Shown: piece by piece, positions 20,768-33,400 of the stretch
Position numbering within the stretch: the first letter of the stretch is position 1
Layout: each line of letters opens with the position of its first letter
Assembly: GCA_965235115.1 (NCBI GenBank)
Contig: OZ249440.1
Location: forward strand, 18,352,001-18,416,000
Length of the DNA stretch: 64,000 nucleotides
Reading direction: 5' to 3'
Source of the DNA: Laetmonice hystrix
Lineage: Eukaryota
Program-made: the position numbers and the translations under genes
The notes under the pieces: model-generated
Databases searched by the model: none
What the model was told of the DNA's origin: nothing
Seen by the model: the letters and a program-made list of their open reading frames with translations, nothing else

Positions 20768-21680
20768 CAGTTGGTTCCACTTAACCCGAATTCGGTTAAC
20801 CCGAAATTTCGGTTAACCTGAACTGATTTATACATGTATTTCCAAAGAGTCATTTTTTCCGGTTAACCCGAACTTTCTGTTTACACAATCTCAGACTGGG
20901 TATACACAGGCAACCCGTTAACATCACACCTGCTGCTGTCTCTTGTACGTTATTCAATAGATCAAACATTCACAGTAAAGACGGTCTCCAGGTAGGCCTA
21001 CTAATCTTTGAATTCAGGTCTCACACCTTCTTAAGAAACTTGTGAATCTAATTTAGGACGTGTGAGGCACGAGAGTCATACCTATTCACTTTGTTGTTGA
21101 CGCTTCTTGCTATAAAACAAGCCAGAACCTTACCACCCCAGCTCATTCTTGCTACGGTACTGCCATACAGCTAGCATGCATGTCACAGAAACGGAAGCAA
21201 TCTTCGTACCCCTTGTCAGTAAAAGTTAGCATTTTGCAACGTCTTGACAATGGAGAGAAATCTAGTAAGCTTTCCAAGGAGTTAGGTATACCTCCTGCCA
21301 CTATTTCTCAGTGGAAGCAGCCGGCTAGTCGTGTTCAGATTTTTGCTGAGCGTGACCAAGGTTGCGGTGATTTGGCCCGTAAGAAAATCCGCCAGTCAGC
21401 CTACCCCGACATTGAAGAAGCCCTTTTATATATCGATATTTATGTTAAGCAGAACCAATGAAATGAGGTGAATTTTTCCAACTGTTTTTTTCTCTATCTA
21501 TTCACAATAAAGCACTCCCTATGTACTATTATAGAATACACAACATATTAAAATACATGTACAGCGGGTTGACTTTGACCTAGGCCTAATGGTTATGAGC
21601 CTAAATGGGGCCATTTCGGTTAACCCAAACTTTTTCCGATTTCCCCAAAAGTTCGGGTTAAGTGGAACTACGTGTAACTG
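20768..21680 (+). mobile_element. Internally deleted Tigger/pogo-type (Tc1/mariner superfamily) DNA transposon
   Basis: TA|CAGTTGGTTCCACTTAACCCGAA ... TTCGGGTTAAGTGGAACTACGTGTAACTG|TA. ORF 21180-21461 (MSQKRKQSSYPLSVKVSILQRLDNGEKSSKLSKELGIPPATISQWK...KKIRQSAYPDIEEALL) is a CENP-B-like N-terminal HTH pair, truncated before the DDE domain. Confidence 0.9.
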
Positions 21681-24600
21681 TATATCAATAAGCGTAATTA
21701 GCCATATCATTATCATCCACCAATAAAGTGGCATAGCTAAGTTTTAGGATTCTAACATGGGTTAAGTAGGCTACACGTAGCCTACATGCACGTATTAGCT
21801 TACCCCATGTGACGATCAACTCTAACATTTCCCGGCGGAAGAACAGGGATGAGTTAAGACGTCGCTGTGAAAATCTAAAGAAGTACAAATCTACTCACCT
21901 TCGCTTCTATCTCTTTGCCTATACTTGGCGTGAATCAGCGTCTGTCCACACAGGGCTTTGCGTCTGTCCTAGACGATGAAAGCTTCAGCTGATGATATAA
22001 TGATCACAACGTGTCACTAGGACTATACTCCTAGTTAGGACGTGAATGAAGTACTGGCGAACAATGCTCGAGAAATTTAGCATTGATGGAGTACAGCACC
22101 TGCGTTTGGTACGTCTTTTTAAGTCGGTGTCCTTGTGACCCGTCGATGAATGATATGACAAAACTTCTCAATGCACGAGTGTGTTGGCTCAAGGGTCGAC
22201 CAGTAATGACCTTCGTAACAGTATAACGGTGAAACCTGTCATGTGGGACGCGATATAACTTACAGAATGGGCAATTGCGAAAAAAGGGTATTTATCATAA
22301 CGGGACTTGCCTTGGAAGGCTTGCAACTGTGTGCCAATCACTGTCCAATGCAGAGTGCCTGCACAATTAGGGCCCTCCATGTAAACTGAAGGCCTTGTTG
22401 AACTGCGAATGCATGCAGGCCGTACATTACAGTGAATGTTAGATGCATAATGCATCGCGTTTTCACACAGGCCTACAATTTGTGGTCGCACTCATTCAAT
22501 GCTTTCCCTCGCTCTCTAGTATGTCTATATTATGTAATACATATTAATCATATACAAATACAGCTATACAGGCATAGCAAGGCAGGCATAGCATATCAAG
22601 TGTTTTATTCCTTATCTTTAAGAATTCTTTTTCTGCTTGAAAAGTTCAAACCAAACCTACACATCCCCACCCCTTGGCACCCACAATTCCCTCTTGCCCC
22701 CCCCCCCCCACCTCCCCCAGCGCAAACCTCGATCTGCTCCTGTAATTAGCCAATGGATACAACTTAGGACACACTGAAGATGCACATGCCAAATTGAATT
22801 AACTGATGAAAACCTTTCCCTCTGAGTCACTGTCAAATTCCTTGAGTTTTCCCTAATTTATAATCCCCCCCCCCCGATTCCCTGAATTTTCACTGATTGA
22901 AAAAATACCTCACTTTCAAGGGTTCCCCTGATTTCCAGAGTGGCTCGACCCCCTGGACTTCAGGTCTGCGACCAGGGATGTGTAGACACATAACGTCGAC
23001 ACGCATATGTCTGCTATAGCAGCTATATAAATCTTCGGATAATCTTTTCATCAAAGATAAAAATGGTCGTTTACGCCCCCGTTGACAGGTATGCCTACTT
23101 GAGTCTCTCGATCACATTCAGGTTATACAATGTCTAATTAAATCATGTCGTCAACCATGTGGATGTGGCACACGGATGGCTATGTTAATCAAACCACTGA
23201 TTGGGGCATTGATCAGCAGCTTAATCTGAACGTGCTTGAAAACGGAAAAATCGATGTGATGTACGTTATTATTCTCAGCACATGAGTGTGTCTAAAACAT
23301 CATACCGACTCGTGGACTGTAGACGAGTAGCCGGCACAGAACGCGATCTACTTCAAGATTCACAGTAGGTACAGACATGAGAACCGGAAGTCGATAAAAA
23401 AACACACTAGAATTTGGCTTCAGTTCGATGAGCGCATTGGACTTTGGCCTTGAAACTGGGTGTGTGTGTGGGGGGGGGGGGGGGGGGTAGGCCTACTCGC
23501 TTTAAATATTCTAGATGTTTATTAAGTCCAGATCTGTGTGTATGTACCTCTTTAGCCGTTTCAGATACATTTCTCTGCCAGACCATGAATGGGCCCTCGC
23601 ATGAAGGCTTAATTCCTTCATTTCTTAAAATAAACATAAAAATATAAAACCTGACTGATGAGAAAGCTGTAGAGGAGCCCTCCAAACGCCATTGTTTCAC
23701 ACAGATACTGACTTTCACGCTCTTTCAATTCAATATCCATTTTTCATGCAAGGAGCTGGGCCTGATCAGACGGAAGTACACATATTTCAAATTGATATCA
23801 ACAACTCTTTGTATCAATCATTGCATAAATAATGTTTATCAATGCTTACGTGTACTTCATACACACCACATAAAACTAAATCAATGTAATCGTGCCTTCA
23901 ATATTCCACTTAACATTCATCAGTTATTGAATAGGGGTCAAGATACAAAGTATCATCTAAGATATGTGCATGGTTTCAAATGGATGTAGCCTACTCGCTT
24001 TCTTGTCAATCAAGAAAAGGGTCTGGGTGGGAGGGGGCCCCCAAGAAGGTCACAAGTGTCACTTTCGTAATCAAAATACTGTGATCACAACAAGCAATAG
24101 AATCGCCCAGTATACAGCGAAAAAATACCATTTCTCTCCTCTTGCATATATCCGCCAACCGAGCGCCGTTTCACTATACCTGGTATACACATACACATTT
24201 ATAGGCCTATGCCATGCCGTACAGGGTCCTCACAACATGCAGTGTGCGCCGATCGGTTGGTTGGGATCAAAACAACTCCTGTTGAGGAGTCGTAACTGGA
24301 AGTTCTTTGTTCAGAGAAGTGACATTTCGTGACCTTGTAGAAGACGTCTTATTGATTTATGAATGACGTTGTTTACGTGGGTAGAAATGAATGGCAGGCT
24401 AATCGTTAATAAAGATTTCATCGAGTTGACTCATTTACTGCCAGGTAAGCAGTCTTTACAGTTAAATATAAACAACCAAAGATCTCTCTTTTGTATTTTT
24501 TAATTTCATGATAATGAAAATCGTATACAAGGCCGGGAGAATACATTGAAAGTGGAACCTATTATACTATATATCCTGAAACTGACGGTGGAAGGGTTTG

Positions 24601-25017
24601 TTCAATGCCGAGCCGAGACTAACTTTTCGCGGAGAGGATTTAATGTTACCCATCATCTACTGTACGAAGGCAACATTCTAAACGTTTGTCGTATGGTGTC
24701 GAGTATCATTTTCTATCATTACCCACCATGCAGTCCCATTGTCTTCGCGTGCATATCTTAACATAATATCTCCACGAGTCAGGCTGATCACTTTCTCGTA
24801 ACACCCAGCCGTGCCCGGCCCAAACAACACAGCCGCATAAAAGGACATATCATAGTCGTTGGCCCTTCAATACGCCTTCCTCTTCTGACAGACACACGAA
24901 ACAAGGGGCCTATTGTTTGAAAATATTACCTTTCCTGACAAGCTGCTTGAAACAAAAAAACCTTCATTGTTTCGCCCGGTTGCCTATAGGATTATAAATG
25001 ACACAAGTGCAATATTG

Positions 25018-28000
25018 CTATGGCACAAAGCGAGGTTTATTTTTAAGAAATGTGTAGTTAGGATTATGGGAAAGTTTGTGGTATGGAGCGTACGGATCGT
25101 CAGTGTAGAATTTTCTTTCCTTCCAGTAGCGGTTCACCATACGGTCTAGCAGCCGGCATTGGGTCTTATTACAGAAAACGTGTTGATCCAAACGATTTAA
25201 CCGAGCACCAGCTTTAATCCAACGCTTCTTGCCCCGTCCGGCACGGGGCCGAATCCATAATCCGTTGTGGAGGCGGAAAAATCTCTCGACGACCGCTTTC
25301 ACTGTTCGCGGCCCCTTGTTGGTCCGACTGAAGTAAATTTTACTTCTCGACTGTTGCTGGAGCACTGGGTTGTAGACATTTTGAAGGACACACCTGTCAA
25401 GACATCATGTTTACTTTTATTAATACCATAATTGTGTCTGCATGTCACACAATCCAATATAAATGCACTCACTTTGTCTTAAATGCCGACTTCTTAATTT
25501 CGGTGGGTATAAAATTACAACTGGTCAGTAACAAATTCATTCAGCTTGTGATAATGAACAGGGGAATCTAGTTAAGAGCTTATTGACCCATGGATAAATA
25601 AAACATTTATTTCAAAGATGGTTTAATGACCACTAGACTCTAACCGTCTGTCAATGTTACAAAGTGTACACAGGTCCACAAAAACATTTTACGATGGCAC
25701 ATAATACCTGTAACCCTGTTTCTGAGCATGACAGGGCAGAAATTATGATTGTTTTTATTATGAAGTTTTATATTCTTAAAAGAAAGTTAGAACACATTGA
25801 GACCCTAGTGAAAACAAAAGTCTCTGAATTAGATCTCAGGCTTGGCCGAACCTTACAGATCACAGTAGAAGCAAAACATGTTTTTCAAAATATTTGTTCT
25901 TATACAGAAAGTGAAAGAATTATGATTACCCTTTCTTTGACAGTAGTGATGAGACAGGTGCCACCTGGTGCGGTTGTTTCCAGAATGTGGCGAGAGAGCG
26001 CAGTGAGAGAGATGGTCCAAGTTTCAGTGCACCAGTTGAGAGAGGCCCACAAGTCGGTAGGCTAGACGTGGGTTGACCCCATGGTAACGCTGCATTCTTA
26101 AACAGTCTGCTTGACACGTCAAATGCTCCTGTAAACGAATGAAAAAACGAGAACCAAGCTACATTGCAGTAAAGTAAAACAGACTTCTATGGACAATGTA
26201 ATCAAGGGACACTATCAATAGTCCAGTACCCCCGGTACATGTACAAGGTGACTTTGCATACACTGGATACATTATTTTCATTCCCGATTCACCGTCATAG
26301 TATAGATTACTTGTCTTCTACACATTCTTTTTCTAAGAAAGTTACGGTAAGAGAGAACATAGACAAACTCATAATTCTGTTGACAAAACATTCTGGAAAT
26401 GGGCTTCTGGTTTGTAATTTAAAATATCTTTAGTACATGTGGCTGGTAGAATTTAGAAACAATTATTTGAGTAGAGGAAAGTCTGACCCCACAGACGTGC
26501 CTAACAACATACTGACTGATCTTTATGAAAGCTCCTCTGTGGGAATATCTCACTTCCTTATTATGTTACCGAATTTTAAAACACTGAACTTGTCTTGACC
26601 ATGTCCTTACAAACATGTTCGAAGTGGAATACAGAAATCACGTGTCCAACCTGCCCCCACCTGACTACTTTAGTTTGTGTCACCTAAAGTTAACACAGCT
26701 CTAGCCAGGTGTGCTGCTACTGGCGCTGTGCTACTCTGAGATTTCCTCCTATTATAATTCGGCTTTCGCACTATGCCTTATCTGTTCTTCATAATTTGTA
26801 AAGTCGGCTATGTGGTATACCAAGGTTCTGCAAGGTACCTGTTAGACTGAATAATTCAAAGGGGCAACTTCTTGTTGAAAAAAGGCAATTTTTCCAAAAT
26901 TATCAAGGTGAAAGCTACCCCGCCCCATGCTAATTGCAGTTTTGACGCCACTCTGAGAGAAAATCCTGGCTAGAACACCAATAACGATACCAGTACACAG
27001 TGAATTAAAATGGCATTCCGTCCAAATCTTGTTCTAGTCCATGTACATGTGAATTTGTAGGGATTGATTTGAGATGGTAGGATCTGCATTACTAGATCAA
27101 TGCTCCTACTGGGATAAGGATCAAGATCACCGAGCGCTGTGCCTGAGGATAAGAGCAAACAAGATAGAAAAGTCAGGATCCACGAGATGTTTCAAATAAG
27201 TCACATCAATCAACTTGACAAGACTTAGCTATCACTACGTAATACTAGTAGGAGCTACTGCTCCATATAGATAAGTAATTATGAAGTCTCTCTGGGATAT
27301 TTAAAGATATGAATAACATACACCACAACAGGGCACCAAGGCTCTTCTAGCTAAGACAAAGAAAGAAAATCATTAAAAGAGAGCAGAATTTTTTTTACCC
27401 AATTCAGGTCATGCGACTCTGTGCCTACAGGCATACTCATGTAACATGAATAATACAGAGATCCTAATTCCTTCATTCATATTGATATTGCAAATGTTCT
27501 AGTCCAGTCATTAATGCTACCGCTGTGACCTAACAGTACATCTAAACAGAGTTAGCCTCTCTTAGCCTTATTTTACAATATCATCAATTTGGACAGTCTC
27601 AACTTGAGTGCCTACAAAAACATCTTGAAGCTGCGAAGATGTCAAAAAGCCAGGACTGAAAAAGTTAATGCCTGTTCAGTGATAGTCCGTACTATAAGCG
27701 AACACTTTGTTGTGCCATATGTCACATCCAAATAATATGCTTCAAGTTCACTGGAGTTTCAGTGTCTCTTTAGAGCATAAGTGATTTCGTTTTAATTTAC
27801 AAGAAATTCTTTGTCAGAGCAATAATTAACACGATGGTCTAGGCATGAGACTTTTAGTAATCTGACAATCTCCCAGTGGAATGTAAAAGTAAGTGTGCAC
27901 TCGATATTTTTATACACATGGTAAAATGAATCATTGTGCAGCTGACACCACAGCACAAGTAGCGAGATTTATGGTTAGGGTTAGCGTTTTATTGCTCATT

Positions 28001-29240
28001 TTATGACTGATCTGTAGACTACTGACAAAACTAACAAAGTGTTCAAGTAGCTGATTTCAAGAGCGATTCTTCGCTCTACCCTTTACAGTTATGTAACATG
28101 ACTTCTATGATGAAATCAGGACTTTTTCGGGTCAGGATCCCATCCTACCAAATTATCTACCACCATGTGCGCTAATCCAAGAGGTGGCTCGTAAAAGTCT
28201 TGCTCGATCTGCATGGTGGCAGCACTGTTGCACTGGTCCTCACTTCAACAATGTAGCACAAGGTTAGATAGGATGATGATTGAGGGTGGAAGGAACAGAC
28301 CATGACACTCGAGTGGAAGCCAGGCGGAGAGCGATCATACTAATACGCACGGCAATGAGGGGCATCACCACTGACAGCTGAGCACTGCAGGCCCATTCAT
28401 AATTATCACCTCTCCCTTCATGTCAGCAGCCATGCCCATGGCCTTGATCATCACGCCCTCTGTTGGGATATGCCAGACAAGAGGGCCTTGACTGGTTTTT
28501 GTTTGTGAGTTGTAATGGTCCACGCCAGAATCTTGGCTACCCCCACAATGCATTGCTGCTGATCCCCTCCTCTGATCCGTCAGGACATCTAGTGAAAATT
28601 GAGTCAGGTTGGCACAGAGGAAGTCAAATAACGTCAGGGATGCTGTGAAATATGCCAAGGATTTAGTGAATCTACCTCTCCAAGTCGTACGGGGGGGGGG
28701 GGGGTGTTATTATTTTGCCAACTTGCCCAGGCAGCCCCAGCCCCAGGGCCAGTGGGGCTGGGGAGCTGCTCACTGATGTCGCTGACACCGGCGAGCGGCG
28801 AGGCCGGAGTGACTGTGACAGGTGTACTAATGCAGCCATCATCTGATCATCCCACAAAGTCTAAGAGCTCATTTACTGAACATTCACAGCCGGTAAACCG
28901 GTAAACAGAGTCAGAGATGTGTGAAAGTCGGGCGCCTTGTAGCCTTTCCAAGATTCAAGAGGAAAATAAATATAAATATGACCTAGCTCTAATTTAATTG
29001 GGTGACCCTAGCCTACGTAGTAAGCCATGCGCCGAGCCAGCAAGGCTTACAGGCAGTGGCTGAAATTCCTGGCGGGTCAGACCACACCCAGGCCAGACCA
29101 CCACCGCTTGCACTGATCAACTCACCGGCATCCATTTATCTCGACAGTAGGTGTGTGGGGTCATGAAGCAGTGTTTTTAATAGTACAACGTCAAATTCAT
29201 GTCTAGATCACCCGTTTAACGGCGTTTTACCGGCCGCCAT
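25018..29240 (-). CDS. MRPL35: Mitochondrial ribosomal protein L35 (bL35m), 3 coding exons, 194 aa
   Basis: Exons 29240-29231 (ATGGCGGCCG|gtaaaa), 26128-25930, 25393-25018; phases join. C-terminal KTVKAVVERF-like segment (RTVKAVVERFFRLHNGLWIRPRAG...FCNKTQCRLLDRM...DDPYAPYH) matches the recognised MRPL35 pattern. The 10-nt first exon is the least certain part. Confidence 0.92.
28078..28222 (-). mobile_element. Possible decayed transposase-associated fragment (LPPCRSS ... GW ... NCKG)
   Basis: Minus-strand LPPCRSS followed, after a frameshift, by PPLG...VGWILTRKSPDFIIEVMLHNCKG; resembles from memory the C-terminus of widespread uncharacterised invertebrate transposon ORFs; broken frames. Confidence 0.25.
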
Positions 29241-30413
29241 GTTGCCTTTGATCCCAGCATGCATCTCTCTGACGCACCCTCCTACGCAGAGACTCGCTTA
29301 GGCGTACTACTGTGTGAAGCGAAAGCGAAGCGGAAGTAGCTCTGCGGCACTTAACGAGCATTGAAATTTCTCGGTTCGAGAGATGTGACTGTCTTTATTT
29401 TGTCGCATCGTGCTTTTCCAGCTTGCAGATATGAGAGATAAGTTATTTTGAGTTTATTTATCACTATTTCATCAACATATAGAGACAAGGGAGGGCTTTT
29501 CATACAGAAGATTTGTCCGGGTACGCTCGGAAATTCTGAACAGCGACCTTCGGCTCTGTACAGAGCACAGAGCCGAATTCTTTGGCTAGGGTGACCCCAG
29601 CTTGACAGAATTCCCTCCTGCCACCTGGTGCTAACAACCGATAAACAGAAATCTTCCCAGTGTCTCATTTGAGAGACGGGCGCCCCATGCTTATGGCCAT
29701 GCAATGTGTGGGCGATAATAGGGGTTGTCATGTAAAAGTTAGTATTTTTCATGATTTATACGTCATGAGTAGGCATTACATTGCGTAGGAAAATTAACTT
29801 GACCAGCCATATGTCTGGTACAATAAAACTTTCTTTTTTCGATGAAAAACTTACCTTTTAGGATTCTTCCAAAACTCATCCTGCATGACCTTGTTTTGTG
29901 CTCCGTGTCTCGGTTCTCCGGCAGGCGGCGCCCTTACATAAGTGGTGCTTCCTGCGGGCGGCTAAAATATACAGTCTTATTCCCACTGTATGTCAGGATT
30001 TATGTTGTAACGAATAGATCTATTAGCTAGAGGCTTTATTTGACAGACATGCATATAATTCACCGACAATTTCCATGGATCCGAAAAGTTACATTAAATT
30101 TTATTGTGCTTATTTGAAGCGCCATCTCGTGTCAAATTAATAACCTTGTCTTGAGCGGTTGCCATACCTATATTAGCTCAAATATACCGAATATAGACAT
30201 GATAAACTGAAATTTGATCCAAGCTCTAAGTCTGACATGTTTCACAATATTATTGAATGATATACATTTTCCCCGTCAATTCATGCAATTCATGGTGTGA
30301 CGGCTAGGCCTAACTTGATCGACTTCGGTAGATTTCAGTATGTTTCGGTAATCTCAGGATTTACCTTGACCCCTCTGGATATATTGGAGGACACCGGCTG
30401 GTGAAGGTGAAAG
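29241..30413. promoter_or_regulatory. Shared divergent promoter region of MRPL35 and IMMT
   Basis: Start codons 1,173 bp apart on opposite strands; ETS/GABP-like GCGGAAGT at ~29329, YY1-like CCGCCATGTT over the MRPL35 ATG, TGACG half-site at ~29270. Confidence 0.7.
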
Positions 30414-33400
30414 ATGTGGAGAGCTTCAAGTCGACTCAATGTAAGCACGCGTAGAAAGCCCAGCTTTATATTGTTTATTTATGACTCTGTTAGTGAGAGA
30501 TGTTAGTTTACGTCGTGTAAAAGTGTATGGTTTGTACACTTGACCTGATCTTGGACTTGCCACTTGGACTAGTAAGTTGGAGTCATAAAATGAATGTGAT
30601 GGACATGGTCATGGAGAGTGGTTGCACTCGCCGGAGTGACACCTTTTCGGGTCAAGTTGTTAGTCTTTTGTTAGGCTTACTACTTACCGCTTACAATTAT
30701 TTCACACTAACATTTCACAGCTTGGAAAGTCAAAAGCCTAAATATTGCCTTATTATTAATTGGCGTCAGTTCCTTAATTGAAAATGTTCGATTCTGTGCA
30801 GGGTGTGTGTCCACGGTTGCAGAGCAGTGCTCTGCAACAGTGCAGATCCTGCACTCAGCCTCCCAAATCAACAGCTCCAGCCGCGGCGACAGCAGCAGCT
30901 AAGGGTTCTGCCCCACCCCTCACTGAGCCTCTTTCAGACTCTGCACCGCCACCTCCACCACCAAAGTGAGTTGAACAATTGCTCAGCCTCAGGTACCGGT
31001 ACAATTTCTATAAAATGTTAGACGTTATGGCTATCTCTAACCGTTAGGCTTATAAGATCTTTGTTAGGTTAGGAGACAGGTTATTTGTAGACCCCGATTT
31101 ATTCTAAGAAAAAATTCTGGCCGAATCTTTCAAAACTTCACTGCCAAACATTTGGGTAGATTGACTCCTCTTTTTGTTTTAACTTTAGGTCATCAATTGA
31201 TATGTTTCACCATTATCAAATCTATGCAGGTTGTCACTGCTAGAAACCTCCCACCAAAGTCATCCCGAGTAGACCTGACGAGGGGTGGAGATTAATGCTT
31301 GCCCGCTCGCCCGCGGCGAGTTAAACATGTGTTGGGCAACCTTGTCTGACCGCCCTGCAGGCAATGTCTACAGTACAATTAACGGTCGAGTGATTTTTTT
31401 CCTGTAATCACCTGCTCCCATGGCAGTCATGATGATACTACCACTGTACCAGATCCAGGTTACAGGCCTACCATAATTTGGCAGGTTGGCACTCGGAGGC
31501 AGAGAACTTAGAATGTTCTAAGTTCTCCAGTTGCACAAGTCCAGACCTTCTAGTGAAGGCAGCACACCTGGTGCTGTATAGATTTCTGTTGTTTGAATGG
31601 CTGTGCAGTGGTCACGTGGAGGGCGAGTAACCCCTCACCTGAACTCGCCCTGCTGGCTAGTTCATTTACAACAGGGCTAGTTAGATTTCTACCTAACTAG
31701 CCCTGCTGGCTAGTCGGCGATTTCTCCCAATTTCCATCCCTGCCTGACTGTTTGTTGTTGCAGGAGTGGAGGTGGGGCATTTTGGAAGTTGCTTGGGCTT
31801 GGAGTCATTGGCGCAGGAGGAGTAGTTGGCTATGCCTGGTATGATCCCAGTTTCCGCAAACAGGTAGAGGAAACTGTACCAGGAGGGAAGCCTGCCCTGG
31901 ATGCAGCCTTTGCCTACCTACCACCAGCCCCAGGGGCCGAGGTGACCCCAGCGAAACCAACCCCTCGGGCTGTCAGGTGAGTGAGAGACTCGACTCGAGG
32001 TACAAAATACTACCGATTCAAATCAGCCAGTTTCTGCACACAGTTGAAGATTCCATTTGTGTTTCAAAAGTCAAATAACTTTCTAAAAGGAACTTAAATA
32101 TCGTCTAAAGATGGGCTATTACCATAGTTGGAAATTATAAAATAATTTGCTTTAATTTTAACTGTGTGTGTTCTTATTGTTAAGACGACAGCAGATTTTT
32201 CTAACTTTTCTTTGAAATGTATAACTTGAAATTATCCATTTTGAAGATGGCTACATATTTTTTAAAGGCCCACTGTTAGCAGTACACCTGGTCCCATCAT
32301 CTCAGACAACAAGGAGGTGATGCAGAAAGGACTTGCAAAGATTATCAAAGTACCTGAACCTGAGCCCCAGGAAAAGGTAACAAAGCCACAAACCTTGCCG
32401 CCTTCAGAAGTAGGATTTCGTAGGCTTTTATTCTGATAATCGGATAATCCATAAACTAAACAGTTGCATGTGTCTGAAAGTGAAATTGTCAACATGGAAC
32501 CCACTTGAGTGCAGAGATGACTTCGTACAAACTAGACTTGAAACAGGTTTTTTCAAAACGTGTTCTCATTATATTTTAGGCAACAAAGAATGTGGAGAAA
32601 AAGAAGACAGATGTAAACAAAGTTGAGACTCTAAAGACTAAAGCGGATGAAGCCAAGAAAAAGGAAGCAGAGAAGAAAAAGGCAGAGGAGCAGGCAAAGG
32701 CAAAGGAAAAGTCAGACATGGTTCAGCGAGTTCTGCTAGAGAAGGAAGCAGAAGAAGCAGCTGAAAATGCTGGTAATTCCTTGCAAAGCTAATAGAAAAA
32801 AAGTTGATTAAATTTTGTTGATGTCCATAAATTATATTAACCAAATATGTTTTGTAATATTTCATTCCTACTTTTAACAGCTCTTGAGTCCATTTTGAAA
32901 GACATGGTTGGAGAAGTGGAAGAAGGTGCCAAGTCTGCCATTTCGGCTCTGGATGTCGCAGCTGATGCCACAAGAACCCACAGCCATAAACTCAAGTCTG
33001 CAATGGAGGTTTATACAGAGGTGGGGCACCAAACCTAGAATAACTTAATTAATATTTATTTGAGTGTTGTGACAGGTGCTGATGACATATATGGTAAGCT
33101 GGTCCTATAATAGAGGACTGAATAAATTCTGTCTCTTCTCCACTTATGCAAGATGCAGCAGTGTTTCAATAATGTTGCCTGTCTATGTTATATGGTAGGG
33201 AGAGAATAAGGACAAACAATGGCAGAGTGTGTGTGAATCATTTGAGGAACGCAGACGTGCAGCAGATAAGGCAGAATCACTCTTTAATGAGGCCAGGTAT
33301 GAAAATAGTTCCTACATTCAAACTTTATAAGAATCCTTTTTGGATACCCGCTCACAACTAGATTTGGTCATACTTTTTTTTTTGTGTTGTAAAAAAGGAA

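Noticed and set aside
23650-23715. Possible C/D-box snoRNA (TGATGA...CTGA)
   Set aside because: Too short, no terminal stem, and no recognisable rRNA antisense element.
28365-28904. ORFs in MRPL35 intron 1 as an extra gene or extra exons
   Set aside because: The MRPL35 model is complete and in phase without them, and no recognisable product or consistent splice pattern was found.
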